The notes beneath the pieces were generated by a model. That model saw only the letters and a list, made by a program, of their open reading frames with translations, was not told the DNA's origin and did not search any database. A stretch of 64,000 bases of DNA from Bigelowiella natans CCMP2755. Taxonomy: Eukaryota; Protista; Cercozoa. How positions within the stretch are numbered: the stretch's first letter is position 1; each line of letters begins with the position of its first letter. Location of the stretch: contig ADNK01002630.1 of NCBI GenBank assembly GCA_000320545.1, forward strand, positions 1 through 64,000. The letters are read 5' to 3'. The position numbers and the translations under genes are program-made. Below are positions 50,711-64,000 of the stretch, piece by piece.

Positions 50711-51476
50711 TGTGTGTGTGTGTGTGTGTGATGTTTATTTATATATTACATATAACAAACGAAGGAATTTCATTCTCCAACCACATCTCCAGGATGCACA
50801 TGCACAACACAAAACACACGCAGCCGAGTGGTAAAAGGCTGTTCTCCAGCAAGCAAATCAACTGGGTTTCCACACCTATACGCTCGAATCACGATGCCGA
50901 CGAAGAAGAAGATAACTAGACCTATATTTCAGCGCATTGGCCCACAACAAGCAACAACAACAGCATCACATGATCAAAATTGAGAAAGCTGTGGTCATTG
51001 AGAGAGAAAAGGATTTACTAACTAGACGGACAAAGGGGGTGCGTGCGCAGCACGCGAATACAAAACCGAAGGACACCCTAAAGACTCTACTCATTTCACC
51101 TCTCCCGTCATTGAGGAAAAACGCAAAAGCTGCAGCTTTGCCCCCGCGATCGATCCGCTGTCCGATCAAGTATCTGCGAAGAACCTGCAAGGAAAAACAG
51201 CTCACTACTACCATCCATCTCCTCGCTGTCTACTCGTTAGTGCACGTCGATCCAGCAAGCAATAGAGTGGAAATGAAATTGAGAAAAAAACCAAAAAAAG
51301 GGTACATGATATTGATATGTACATATTAGATGGCTCTGCGCATTATTGCAAGCTGCCTCCAAGCATTTTCTTTGAAAAGCGCTTATCTGCGGCGCTGGGT
51401 TTCTTACCGGTGTTACGAGGAGATGGAACTGCATATCGACGGCCCTGTTCGCACCATCAGCAGCCCGACAACAAAC

Positions 51477-51545
<69 letters not shown>

Positions 51546-52025
51546 CAAAAAATAATATCGTCTTGGCCTTTTTGCACAGATATTACTGAAAAATACTCAT
51601 ACGCGCAGCTACATGCTGCAAATGCTCTTTCTAAGAATCCCCACAGGCAACCGCATCGATCGTATCGGCCAAGCATGCCAAGTGCTACATCGTCATGGTT
51701 TTCGAGGTAATTTCGCTCATCATCATCATCACGATCGTCATCATCATCATCATCACAATCGTCATCATCATCATCATCACCGTCGTCATCATTATCATCA
51801 TTATCATCATCGTCGTCGTCATTACGTTGTCCAAGAGAACATCAGGCTCGCTAGGCCGGCAGGATGCAAGTTTTGAATCATCCTGATGATGAAGAGGAAG
51901 TGGAGGGGGGGGGGGGGGGGGGGGGGGGGGTAAAAAAAACGAAAACAACGGGAATAAGACTGTCTACATCGCTTCGATTCTGCGCTCTCTTGCTTACTTT
52001 ATTCAAGATATACTGATCTCCACTT

Positions 52026-52066
<41 letters not shown>

Positions 52067-53498
52067 ACATAATATTAATACATATTATATCATCGTGTGT
52101 GCTTGAGTTATCAGCGGGCACTTTGCAATGTGAGAAGTGCCTCGCACACTACGCCTAATAGCTGTTTTTTTGCAGAGAAGCAAGCGTTCATCAGCGTTCA
52201 TTTCACTATAAATGTTGGTTAGTTTGCGGCTATATGAATTATCGTTACAGGAGGTGGTACGGCAAGGCCTTGAAGCAGCTCGAGCGCATATTGTATGGGT
52301 TCTATCGGAACCACAACATTTAATATGAGTCGGCGAGGCATCATAACGTTAAGGAAAACAATAGTTCCTGAAATATACTATTTGTATACGAAAATCCAAT
52401 GAACTACCAATATCGCTTCAAGCGCAAAAGCAGCCATATGCGGGGGAAGGAGCCGCAAATAGCGTGAAACCAGCGACGTCCAATAGCCTCCATATCTACA
52501 CAACAGCAAAACATACACGCGGAAATTGAGCAGGATTCCTACCAGACCTGACCTCACCCGAAGAAGCTTGCCGAAAACGCGAACATTCATAAGCTATTGC
52601 CCTTAAAAGAACAAGACGAGACTATTTCGTCTCGGGCTGCTTGTTATATGATAGCTACAATGGAGCCGATTCTCAAGGGTGCTTACTTTCGGCGATAAAC
52701 CGAGCGCGCGAATAAAAACCCCGACAGCACCTGATGCGAAGGACAACGCAGAGAGGGACAATGCGGTTGGTAATACGACCTAGGGAAAAAGAAACGAAGA
52801 GTTCGGCTTGCGTGTGAACTTACTTGGAAGATGTCAACTGCGCGCTCTCCTGATTGGGTATGAACAGAAATCCAGGATGAATTGGGGCTCTATACTCAGT
52901 GCGCGTGGCACACTTCGCAGAATGTTTACTGACCAAGTCGCAGGACTCTGATTAGCGGAGACTGGAAGAACGCTCGCTGGTAGGCGTCTTTACCTGTTGA
53001 TAATGAAGGCCGCCACTATGAGAAACACGTGTATTGAAAGGCAGTAGACTAATGAGAACGAGGGTGGTAAAATTGAGCGGGTGTTACCATACGGGAACTT
53101 AGAATCCATTGAATCGGGCGCTATTGTCATCGTCATCCAGTGGAAGAATAGCACCTGTTATTCGGTCATCATATAGCATATCGAAACTCGAGCCAAAAGA
53201 GCACTATCACTACCGTTAGCACTGCGACGACTCGAAGTCCATCAATGATTATGATCCTCTCCCTCACTTTCCCAGGCCACCGGCCACTACATGTCAGCCC
53301 GAAAAGCTCCCTGTGCGTAATTAGCGTCATCTTTAGAGAGACACTTCGGGGAAAAAGTCACGCGTCGTCTTCGTTGATAAGGTTATTCGACCTAATCACC
53401 GGCACTTTCTCAAGTATCGATGGCTTAGAGGGAAGGGGCGAGGCCCGTATTCGTGCGAATCTTGATGATCGGGCGGGGTTGTTTCCTCCATTGCTCAT
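47923..53498 (-). CDS. Acyltransferase family 3 (Acyl_transf_3; OafA/NRF-6-like) multi-pass membrane O-acyltransferase
   Basis: Spliced motifs in family order: IIIDGLRVVAVLT|VLFFH, GERAVDIFQ|VLSGFL, SRYLRLLPPH, SLMFSWTTAVDMQFHLLVTP, THLSPYIAGI, ILTSK|TVRVLAELSYTTFLIQ, SFVLHGLVEVP...stop at 47923. Start is probably MSNGG at 53498. Confidence 0.88.
51716..51822. repeat. Imperfect (CAT/CGT)n trinucleotide repeat in an intron
   Basis: catcatcatcacgatcgtcatcatcat...; lies immediately after the AC|gtaatg donor of an AT3 exon on the minus strand. Confidence 0.9.
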
Positions 53499-54105
53499 TC
53501 TCCCGTGGTTATCCCCCCTCCGACCATCCTCTCTTCCTGGCCTGTAGAACTGATCAACGATGATCAGCCTTTCAGCTCCTACGATGTCTCCAAACATAAC
53601 AAAAATATATTTTTTACAGGTGAAAATGCTCCGAAGTCAACAACTTTCTCATTAGACGACAATAAAACGCCCTATTTCTCACAGTGAGCAATTCAAGCAG
53701 ACCAGGGACTAAGGAGCTTACTTCTTCTGCGAATTGCGGATTGAATCATGGATTGATTTAATGTCGCCCATGTCAAACCGTATGTATTATCCAAATTTTA
53801 TAAAATACTCCAGAATCAATTGTCTCTATAATTAATTTACATGACAATTTGTATTTTAATTTCATCTTTATTCTTATCGAGAGAACTTCGTAAATATTTT
53901 GCCAGATTAATAATTCTTTCTGCCACGTAACCTCTGAAGCGATACCCCCCCCTCGTCAGCTTCACGGCGACTGCAGCAGAAGGACAAAGCACTCGGAAGT
54001 CATTTGCTTCGATGTAAGTGCAATTAATGAATCATATCATCTCGTGTAACGGGAAAGTGAGTAGGCTGAAAAGTGGATATAAAGCTTTGTTTTCGGATGA
54101 AAGTC

Positions 54106-55125
54106 TCATATTAACGCCACTGTGCTCTCCCCTTTCCTCTTCACTGCTGCCACTAGGAGCTTCAGTTTCTCACATGAGGATGATGCGGTAGAGGATGCTA
54201 AATGATTGAATTCATTGATTGTTTTTAGAGGGCGAAATCGCCGTCGGTAGCAATATCTGAATCTCATGAATACACCGCCCCCCCCCCCCCCTTTCCAGAT
54301 CACCGAGAACGCTCCTGGGAACCCAACGATTGTTATAAAGGTTGGGAATTACGCTTATTTTCTGCATCCTACAGATATATTTCTTTGTTGACTTGTATCG
54401 TTTGAATAGATTTTGAAAGATTCGTTTCTTTCGAGCATGTTTACGAATTGCCATCTCTAACACGTATTCTCTGAGTCCCCCGCCTCCTAAAAATTAGCAG
54501 CCCACTTTGACTCTCCGACGATTGGTATTATTAGGTTGGAACCTCCAGTCTCGTCGATGCGAATACTGGGCTCCCAGCTCTTTCGAAGATCGCTTGTTTG
54601 ATAGAGGTTGTTTTTGTTACTCAAGATATTCTTAACCCCCCCTTCCGATGAAGGCCTTAGTTATACAACTAGTAGGTCACAAGAGTTTCTCGCAATTATT
54701 GGATTTTAAATGGCAAAAACAAGACTTTGACATTTAAAATTCACCATTTTCGCTTCTATTCCTCCCCCCCCCCCCCCATTTACCCCTGTGTATAGAACGT
54801 GTGCATCCTCAAACGTCAAAAGCTCAACGTCGTTTTGGTACTATGGATCAAATTCTTCTTGATTCACATCATAAATCGAATAGCTGATACAAATAGTCCA
54901 ATCTTAGTAGCTATCCGAGAGGAAGCAAAGGATTTTTGGGGGTTACTTGCAAGCACTCGCAGTTGCATTAGATAGGCCCTTCTGATGATTTGAAAGGTAT
55001 CTTCTGGAGCTGTAGGGTTCGGGTGTTTAGCTCTCAATCTAAAGGTCTTTCTTTGCGAGATGCGTATTAGCACATGATTCTGACAATCGTAGTCACGCGT
55101 ACTAACATACACGCGCTCGCATTCG

Positions 55126-55162
<37 letters not shown>

Positions 55163-55395
55163 TCACACACATACATATTAGAAGAGTTATACGTACTGTA
55201 TATGCTGTTTTGGTTGTGAATTAGGAACGACCTTCCGGCGTGATGATGAAACAGGTGTGTGAGAGTGGATTTGGATAAAAAATAAGCATTTCTACGGCGA
55301 AATGCCCTCTTCAAGCGACTGTAACCGATTTTAGCTGCTCCTCCAATAGTTATTGTAGTAGAATTATGCTACATTGAGAGCCTTTTCCGTCTGGG

Positions 55396-55449
<54 letters not shown>

Positions 55450-56450
55450 TTGCGTGTATGCGTGTTTAAACGTATATGGTTAATGGTTGACACGCACAGG
55501 CATTAGCGGCGACGGGGCAGGCAAAGCTGATGGAACTCTATGGAAGAATGTTCAATGTAAAATGAATAAACTACTAACTGGAATTTAGAGACTTCTGCAG
55601 TCTGTTTAAGCGTGTCGCAGCTCGATGCAACCACCGAAGGCCGCGCCGCGAGCCCTTCCCCGTTGATTTATTAAACTACGGGTGCCTTTCAAACACAGTC
55701 ACTTGGGGAGTCGTGCGCGCAAGTGCTGCTTACATATGAGAACCTTGGTATTTATCTTCTTTTTCAATGTTGTTGTGGGTGAATGCTACTACTACTAGTT
55801 GTTAGGTGTTTTACGCTTATGTGTATGTGTGTGGGGGGGGGGGGGGGAGGGTGGGGGGGAGGAAGACTCAAACTAACACACGTGCAAAATAATTTCTATC
55901 ACAGCACTTTAAATGACATTAAGGCTTCATTCAGCCGTGACTTTGAATCAGCACAGTGCCTCCTATTGACAGAGGAGGCATTTGGAGGCTTATGTAGTAG
56001 TATCGTGGGAATCTGCGCGTGTTCATTTGCGGCGTGCCGTGCTGATCAACCATAAATTCCCACTCAGGAAATCGAAGTCAGCACAAGAATGCAATAAACA
56101 CATTTGAAGGTAGTTTCATCGGGCAAAACCAGTCACGATGATGATGACGCCGGCAGCGACGATTATTGAGTCGGTGTGGAGATGAGAGAACCCCCCGCCT
56201 TTATTTGTGCTTTCTCTCAGCGTTATTCAAGCTAGGTGTGGTTCCCATTGTTAACGAAAACGACACGGTGAAAGCTGCGATGATATTTTATGGCGCTGCT
56301 ACTATAAATATATTGTGCATCTTATCGTAATCTATCCTTCGCTGTGTTCTCTACGATCTCGACGTGATAGTTTGCCTCGTGCAGCTAAGCGTTAGAAAGA
56401 GGAAATATGATGCTTTCAGTAGGGAGTATATAATACATATCGTATAGCAC

Positions 56451-56503
<53 letters not shown>

Positions 56504-57155
56504 GAAGTGCGGGCAGAACTAACGTTTGAACTTGCAAATGTACCTTCCCACAGGTTGCAGTCGAGGAGCTGAGATTCGGTGAAATTGCAGTTAGCTATAG
56601 TACGGCGGTGCTGCTAGGTGTTGCGTGGTTCAATTAAACGGCATTACTATTTTGAAATGTAATATGTTCATATTGAAATATATGATGCATTATATGATAT
56701 ACGAAGGTGATAACGATTGCCTCTCCGCAATGGTAGCGTCGATGCTAAAGGCGAAGTAAGAACACCTCCAATTGTTGTTTCCGTCACGCCAACGCCGTGA
56801 GTCATAACCCGCATCTTCCTATCGCAGGCACCTGATAATCCTCACTGATGTCGACGGCTTGTACACATCAAATCCCACGAAAGATCCGGTTTGGCAGCTG
56901 TAGCATCGTTTGTGTGTTTTCGAGAGAGAGAGAATAAGATCGCATTGTCTCCATGAACACACCATTAATTCTTCTTGTCTTTGCTGTGTATTGTTGTTGT
57001 GGTTGTTGTTGTTTTGTTGTTGGCCGTGGTGGCGGTGGTGCTGCAGGAGGCAAAACGGATAGAAGTCGTTGAAGATATAGAGTCGCTAAACGTCGATGTT
57101 TCGGTATTATTATTAATAGACAAACGATAATATGCAGATGCCCGCATTCTTATGA

Positions 57156-57199
<44 letters not shown>

Positions 57200-58462
57200 G
57201 TTTCTCTCTGTGGTGTGTGTGTGTGTGTGTGTGTGTGAGTGTACTATAGAGCGACGTGTATAATGATTGAATGTGAGAATGGCTCGATGTTAAGCACCTC
57301 CCTTCTGGCAAGCTGTTTTGCAAACAATAAATATTGCAACGACGCAATTTCATTATAACTACTCGTTCACAATCCGGGCTATGATGCATCGTTCCTTCCC
57401 TTTCTCCCTTCCCCGCCCCCCCTCCCCCCCGCCACGGTGCCTTTTGGCGCACAGTCAAAAGGATCTTCACTAGGGACGGGAGGTGGGTAAATTAGTAGGC
57501 TTGCTGCTACCAATACAGCAAAATCCGTTACAAAAACCTTTGCAGAGGAGGAGTGAGAGAAGGGAAAATAGAGCGGAGCAGAAAGCGTTGCTTTTCTATG
57601 AAGAGATAATATAAGAGAGAGAGAGAGAGAAGGCGAGAGGGAGAGAATGAGCAAGGAGAAAATTCCTACGTTAATACTTCAAATTCCATAGTCAGTTATT
57701 GCATTCTTATCGCTTGCCACTTCGGTCTACTACTGCTTCTTCTCTTTCCATTTCGTCTCGTATTTTCTTGCCGTCGCGAAGGAATGGCCACCAAAATCAC
57801 GGCCGCAAAGCTAGCAACTGCATCTGGTTGGTACATGCACAAGATTCTAATCAGGAGATTTTTGACTTTCCTACTTTTTAAATAATAATCTGCATGTATA
57901 TATCCGCTAATGACACGCAGCAAGAATATACAAAATCCACCACGCTTTCACGCGCCCATGCTTGCAGTAGTGCCGTAGTAATAGTAGTAGTAGTCGTAGT
58001 AGTAGTGGTAGGTAGTAGCGAAGACGACGTAGTAGTTATGAAATGGGAAGCATCAGTAAAGCTGCTAAAGCTCTTAAACTTAAAAAGGAGTAAATGTATA
58101 ACTTTAGCAAGCGAGATGAACTACTAGCACCACAAATTAGTATCTGCCAATACACTCGACTGAATACGATGTTCTCGCTGATGAAAGGTGTCAGAATGTC
58201 CATCGTCTCCGCGGCGGATCCGGCAGTTATTGTTCAGGTTGGGAGCGGCGTCGCTGGGAATCACGCCGACAATTTTTCGCCTAAAATTGCAAAAAATATT
58301 TTCTCGGAATGTGACAAGCCCAGCGGCGATAATTTGGTGTTGGCTTTGTAGCGTCGTTGGGACGTGCAACGTCCGCCTGTGTCTTAAAGTCTTGATGATA
58401 CATCTCTCTTTGTGTGCCAATTCTCGTTCCGTATTAGCACGTGTGTGTATTGAGGAAAAGAA

Positions 58463-58495
<33 letters not shown>

Positions 58496-58642
58496 ATTTT
58501 GATTCTTATTGCTTTTTGATGAAATCTGCTGATTGTATATGCTTTCCTATTCAGGTGCTGAAAGGTGATAAAGTCGGGACGTTGTTTAAAGTAGGCCATG
58601 ATAGTAACACTAGATACGTGAAGATATTACATAATATACGTG

Positions 58643-58684
<42 letters not shown>

Positions 58685-59700
58685 GTTGTGTGTGTGTGTG
58701 TATTAATATATTCACACGCACTATGTGTATAGAGCTTATAGATAACGAGTGTACGCATACCACGTTTTCCTTTCATTCGTCAATATTGATGCTGAAGCTC
58801 GCTGGGTTATCCCTCAGAAGCGCACGTTGAAAACTAGTAAGGACAAAAAGCGTTGGATTGCTGGCCTCCCGGTCGTGATAGGAGAACCATGCCGGGGAAA
58901 GGAGACGGGGGGGAAGGGGGGGGGGGAAGATAGAATAGACAAAACAAAAACGAAGAAGTAGAGAACCATTAGGCTTTTCTGCGCTACTGCCTGCCTTGAA
59001 ATGGATAAGCATCATTCGCCGTGCCAACATAGAAACATATTTCATTTTGGTATTTTAGCTGAATGCATAAGATTAATGATGAAACTGAAATGTATTGGGG
59101 TTGTTCTCAAATGCCGCCTTAACCGTCGCTTCAACCCAAACCGCAGGCCCGGCAGTTCTTATATCTGGATAAGGGCGCTGTGAGCGCAGTGATGAAGAAA
59201 AAATCACTATATGCGGCCGGAATCCAGAAAATTCGAGGAAAGTCAGTGAATATTTACACTACGTGATATTAGCAGAGATGGGTGCGCCTAGATTTGTTTG
59301 GCAAAAGCTTGTCCTTATAGAAAAAGTGTGGACTTTCTGTAAAGTTGTCTTTTTTGAGTGGTCTATTTATTTCGTCGATAACGATGGATGTTATTCGTTG
59401 CTTTTTTTACCCAGATTCCCTGCTAACGTAGCGATCGGCTTGTGTGATATGAAAGGTGTTTAGGCAGCTTTCTTATTAGCAGCAGCGGCTGCAGCACACG
59501 GCAGTAGCGCCAAACCTCTCACGAATGCCTAGTAGTTTCAAATGCCTCTGCCACTAAGATATTCCTCCTGGTTATCTTGTCTATGCTGAAAGCAAAACTT
59601 AGTTTTTGAACTGAAAAGAAACTAGCTTTTTTAAAAATCTTTCTTCACCAATTTAGGCTAGTGCATTTACATTTGTATATTAACCAAAAGAATATAAATA

Positions 59701-59739
<39 letters not shown>

Positions 59740-60037
59740 GTCATCAATTGATATCCGAATATTTCAAAAAATGGATTCTTGGATTAGACAAAGTTACCGA
59801 TTTAGATACCAATGCCTCGAAGCATCTGTTTTTGAGCAGTACTCACCTTTGGGCTATTCTTCTCGTTTTCCGGTCGTTCGTTTATCGTAGGAAATGTATT
59901 TGCGCAAGGATTGGTCAATTACTCAAGGTAACGACAGATATGAAACTACAACTTAAATAGTCAAGGAACTTTTGTCAGACGTATATTAGCACCTCTCTAT
60001 TCATGGAGCAGAACTCCACGTATCCTATGTTTAAATC

Positions 60038-60077
<40 letters not shown>

Positions 60078-60461
60078 CGTATATTTGTGCTTACTCTATT
60101 TGCCTGTAACATCAGCGTGGAGCTGGATATGCTGAAAGGAAAGCAAATGAATGAATGCTTTGAGGTCAATGCATGCAGAAAGTCTAGTGAACGATGAGCG
60201 ATCCCTCGTCGTCTAAAGAATTACTAGAATTTTTACTGATGAAGATCTTAGCATTTCTTCCACCACTCACCGCATTGGGAATTGATTTTTCCGTTAGAGT
60301 CTTGGCTATTATGGGGCTGAATGCGTGATACATCGAGGAAATATCGTCCTTTTCCAGGTCGTCTTGCCGCTTGTTTGTTGCGTTCAGACTACTGCGCACT
60401 CGGAATTGCAACTTCTATGGGTTTCGAAAACTTCGTTAAATAAACAGCCAAATGCATTTGA

Positions 60462-60497
<36 letters not shown>

Positions 60498-60590
60498 GCG
60501 CGCGCGCGAAAACATACGTGACTACATAAATTGGATGTTTAGTTCGATCCCTCAGCAGCTTCTCCGAAGCAAGTTTTCCGGGTCTCAAGC
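54106..60590 (-). CDS. Putative unidentified multi-exon gene(s)
   Basis: Several minus-strand AG...GT bounded open segments separated by microsatellite-bearing spacers, e.g. KLQFRVRSS...KSIPNA|gtgagt (~60271-60414), KTFRLRAKHPNPTAPEDTFQIIRRAYLMQLRVL (~54870-55050) and GLREYVLEMAIRKHARKKRIFQNLFKRYK (~54305-54490). No family recognised and no full splice path established. Confidence 0.35.
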
Positions 60591-60759
60591 ATCGAGAGCA
60601 TTCCATCGCAGGACCTCAACGAGGCGGTGAAGCCTAGTGGTAGTAGCGTGGTGTCGTCTTCAAAAATCAAAGGCGAAACAAACGAAGAGACCAAAAAGAC
60701 TTGACGTACACTGCATGTTAAGGAGTTCTAAAAAATCATTAAAGCACAGACAACAGCAA

Positions 60760-61880
60760 TTAGAAAATCTGTACCTGGCTAGCTAGGGGCGCCCGGTTGA
60801 TCATGCTGCTTAATCTAGCAATGTCAGTATGGTTGTTTCACGTGCTGCACGATGTCTAGACTTGTTGGTGCGATGCTTCTTTTTGATGGAAGGCTGTGAA
60901 ACGTGACATTTCTGATTTGCATGCTAGCATGTGCGCATGCTAGCATGGACAACATTAGAACAAGAACGCATTTCAACGACCTGTACTGGCGTCTTGCGTG
61001 TGACTCCTCTAGCTAGCTAGCCGGTTAGTCCTGCACATTATTGCAGCATCGTTTTTCCAAGTCATGCACATAGCTGCAACGTGCTGCGCAGCAAATCACA
61101 GGATGCTCGATGAAAGACTTTGAACAGCTAGTGCTGGTTTGCGCTGCGCGGCGATGTGCTAGGCCTGCATGCACCACACAGCTCCGTCAAACCTGCAACG
61201 AATTGCCAGAACATGCATGTGGAAGCTTTTGCGCGCGACCAAGCGCGTCATGTGATGTGATGGACATTAAATTGGATTTGCTCGCATTTCTTTGAAATTT
61301 TTCGTGCACATCACATTTGGTTGAACACACGCGCAAAAGCATTCAAAATGTGGCAGAGAACAAACGCGCAGCGTGCATCCTCTGCACTATCGGGTGTGAA
61401 TTTTCACACTTTGCGCGCTCACTGAGGCCTTGAAGATGGACATTTAGGTCAATGTTTCGGTCATTTTTTGAGCGAGGTTTGGCCATCGGACAAGTTCTGA
61501 TGACTTTTCTTTGACCAACTGCAACTGCCTGCTGCTTCAAAGCGCGTCGCAAAGCGCTGCACTGTTCACAACTCCGTCGTTACCGGGTTTGACGGAGCTG
61601 TGTGCATGTCTGTCACAACTCACAACAGACACAGCAATGCTAGAATGTGGCAAATGTGTTGTGCATGCATCATGTTGCATGTCCATCATGCACTCGCAAA
61701 GCTGAGATTGCTGCAAACTGTGCTGCAGAACTTGATGTGCACAACGCAGACAATGCAGCCACTAGATACAGTTGTCAGATCGCATCTAGACGTACATCCG
61801 TGCTCGAGCAGCGTCTCGCCCATGCATGCATGCTAGCTCTGCATCAATGCGACAGTATCAGCGAAACAGCCCATTAGCTT
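60760..61880. other. CTAG/CATG/TGCA-rich intergenic tract 5
   Basis: Contains gcatgctagcatgtgcgcatgctagcatgg, ctagctagctag and very dense tgca/catg; lies downstream of the stop at 62316 (-). Confidence 0.8.
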
Positions 61881-62315
61881 CGCGTCATATGTGACTCCGA
61901 AATGAAAGCGTTTTGCGTTTGATGTGCATAAAATGGTGGGCAGAACAGCCGGACGAGCATGCCACCATGAAGAGGAACTGACAAGTATTCTTTCTTAGTC
62001 ACAAATTCTAATTGCCTACATGCTCGCCGCACGTGGCCACGAAATAAAGACGACGGAGCGTCATCACGCAAAATAACTATTTAACCCTGCGAGACGCTTT
62101 AACAGAATATATTCGGACGAGATTATCGGTGTTATCATAGAGTTTCATTAGCTAGCTAGGGATATGGATCTTCGGCTAAACATGAACGAGTATTGGAGAG
62201 AATTTGAGCGATGTTCTGTATCTGGTTCTGCATTTGTCACCCTGTACGTTCCTATGGATTTCTATAATCGACTGGAGTGGCTGCACGCTGATAAGGATGG
62301 GGAACGGCTGTTTCT

Positions 62316-62512
62316 TCACTCATCGTCTCGGAGAGAGATCTCGATCATATCCTCAAGCATATGCTTTTCGAGGTTGTACAGGGAGAGCGACTTTCGCATG
62401 TTGTTTCCGATGAGAGTCGCAATTCCAATCACGATCAGCCCTGCGCGGACAACGGAAAAAGGAAGAAACGGGAAAGAAGTATGAGGAAAAAACGACGAAG
62501 GAATAAGAATAT

Positions 62513-62553
<41 letters not shown>

Positions 62554-63051
62554 AAAGACTCGAGAATGGAGAGGAGATCACATCACGAATCTGCATTGAT
62601 AACTTTCTGAAGCGTTCATTAATCAGTATGCAAATACACCTGCTCCGACCCCCAATCTCTCCCGTCTCCGCCTCTCCCTTTGCTCTTGGGGAGAGGAGGT
62701 CACGCTCTGTGCATTTGCGCTGAGTTCTGAGAAACAACACAACAATATCAACAACAACAACGGAAGTATTCTTTTTTAACTTTCCTCAAAAAAGAAGAGA
62801 CCACACTAACGACACACAGACGCACACACATGCACGAACTCGCGCGCACACACGCACGAACTCGCGCGCGCAAGCTGAGTGTATCTCCATATGTAATATA
62901 ATATATCATATATTACATATACATAGAAGGAAATCACGAACGATATGTATATGATCGATTGATGATGCGTATCATCCATATAGTAGTACGACACAACCAA
63001 AATCGTCGTGTTAAACGATGTGATTACCGTTTGCGCTGTTTCGCATAGAGA

Positions 63052-63083
<32 letters not shown>

Positions 63084-63099
63084 CTATACATGTTATAAC

Positions 63100-63141
<42 letters not shown>

Positions 63142-63733
63142 GCATATATGCACATGCATTTATATCTTAACATTTGTTACATATTACTCTTCTTATCTCC
63201 AAATCCAGACATTGCAAGCATTGCGTTACTGCGTGTCAGATTACAAATACTTTGAGAGCAGTAGATTAGCGAATTGCAGCACAGACATTCATATGTTCAG
63301 AAGAAAATAAATATATTAGTCTATAATGCATATATATTTATATATATATATATATATATATATAATATGAATATATGTATTGAATGATAGTAATTTATTT
63401 AACTTACATTCTCTCTCCCCAATCTTCATTTGTCCAACCGAGAGGCCTTCGTGCTAGAAGAAATGTAACCTTTGACCATGGCAAGAAGGTAGTCAGACTC
63501 AAACTGAGAGAAGTGCTGGCCGATCGCGCGGAAACAGATAGCGTGTGTGTGACCCCCATCGATATGTTTAGTGTTAGTTAGCTTGAGGTAGGTCTATTAA
63601 TAACAACTGGCATCTGCATTAGTACATAAACTAAAATATCAAAAACGAACATACCAATAGGATATAATCAATATTTATAAGGAATCGTGTGTGTGTAGCT
63701 ACCAGATCGTCGTAAAGGCGCTGGGAGAACCTG

Positions 63734-63769
<36 letters not shown>

Positions 63770-64000
63770 ATATTGATATTGTATGATGCATATTAGACAC
63801 ATTCAAGTGAGTAATGTATTGCAGCAAAATCGAGATTACGCACGAAAGCCCCGATCAATATAACAATCAATACCCTCCTATTACTTTTACCATAATAATA
63901 ATTATTCTCTCACCAACCGACGTTACTACAAAAATCATACTCCCCCCCCCCCCCTCCCCCCCCCTCTCCACGTCCTTCTCCCTCTTCTCCTTTTCCTCCT
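62316..64000 (-). CDS. 3' part of an unidentified gene entering from the right edge
   Basis: In-frame spliced segments FSQRLYDDL|HFSQFESDYLLAMVK...ELSANAQSVTSSPQEQRERRRRERLGVGA|GLIVIGIATLIGNNMRKSLSLYNLEKHMLEDMIEISLRDDE*; possible C-terminal membrane anchor. Confidence 0.5.

Noticed and set aside
51613-51948. Poly-His, poly-Met and poly-Ile ORFs
   Set aside because: Translations of an intronic (CAT)n repeat.
54106-54260. VPS9-like helix (INEFNHL...EKLKLLV)
   Set aside because: Resemblance too weak, and no downstream ADD/LP motif found.

Overview
Eukaryotic nuclear DNA from an intron-rich protist-like genome: short GT-AG introns packed with (TA)n/(CA)n/(CT)n microsatellites. A chlorarachniophyte or other SAR alga is a guess, not a demonstration. 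Hand-splicing recovers, in order: a DGAT2-family acyltransferase (-), an N-myristoylated NCS/recoverin-type EF-hand protein (+), a nicotinamidase (-), an AFG2/SPATA5 AAA+ ATPase (+), a ~25-kb gene for a ~6,500-aa RNF213/mysterin-like AAA+ E3 ligase (-), an unknown signal-peptide protein with an acidic tail (+), an acyltransferase-3 family membrane protein (-), and 2-3 unidentified multi-exon genes. The main finding is the RNF213-like protein. It keeps the CBM20-like N-arm, dynein-like six-AAA core and C-terminal domain, but its E3 module is rebuilt. A U-box replaces the RING, the RZ finger is reduced to an AECG remnant, and WWE, about five Tudor-like, PDZ-like, UBA, RanBP2-ZnF and tandem peptidoglycan-binding-like modules are inserted. 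This suggests a protist cell-autonomous antibacterial ubiquitin sensor. A second signal is five ~0.7-1.1-kb intergenic tracts saturated with CTAG/CATG/TGCA. They lie only downstream of gene 3' ends and may record targeted cytosine methylation and deamination. Exon boundaries were read by eye, and comparisons with human RNF213 are from recalled motifs that need alignment.
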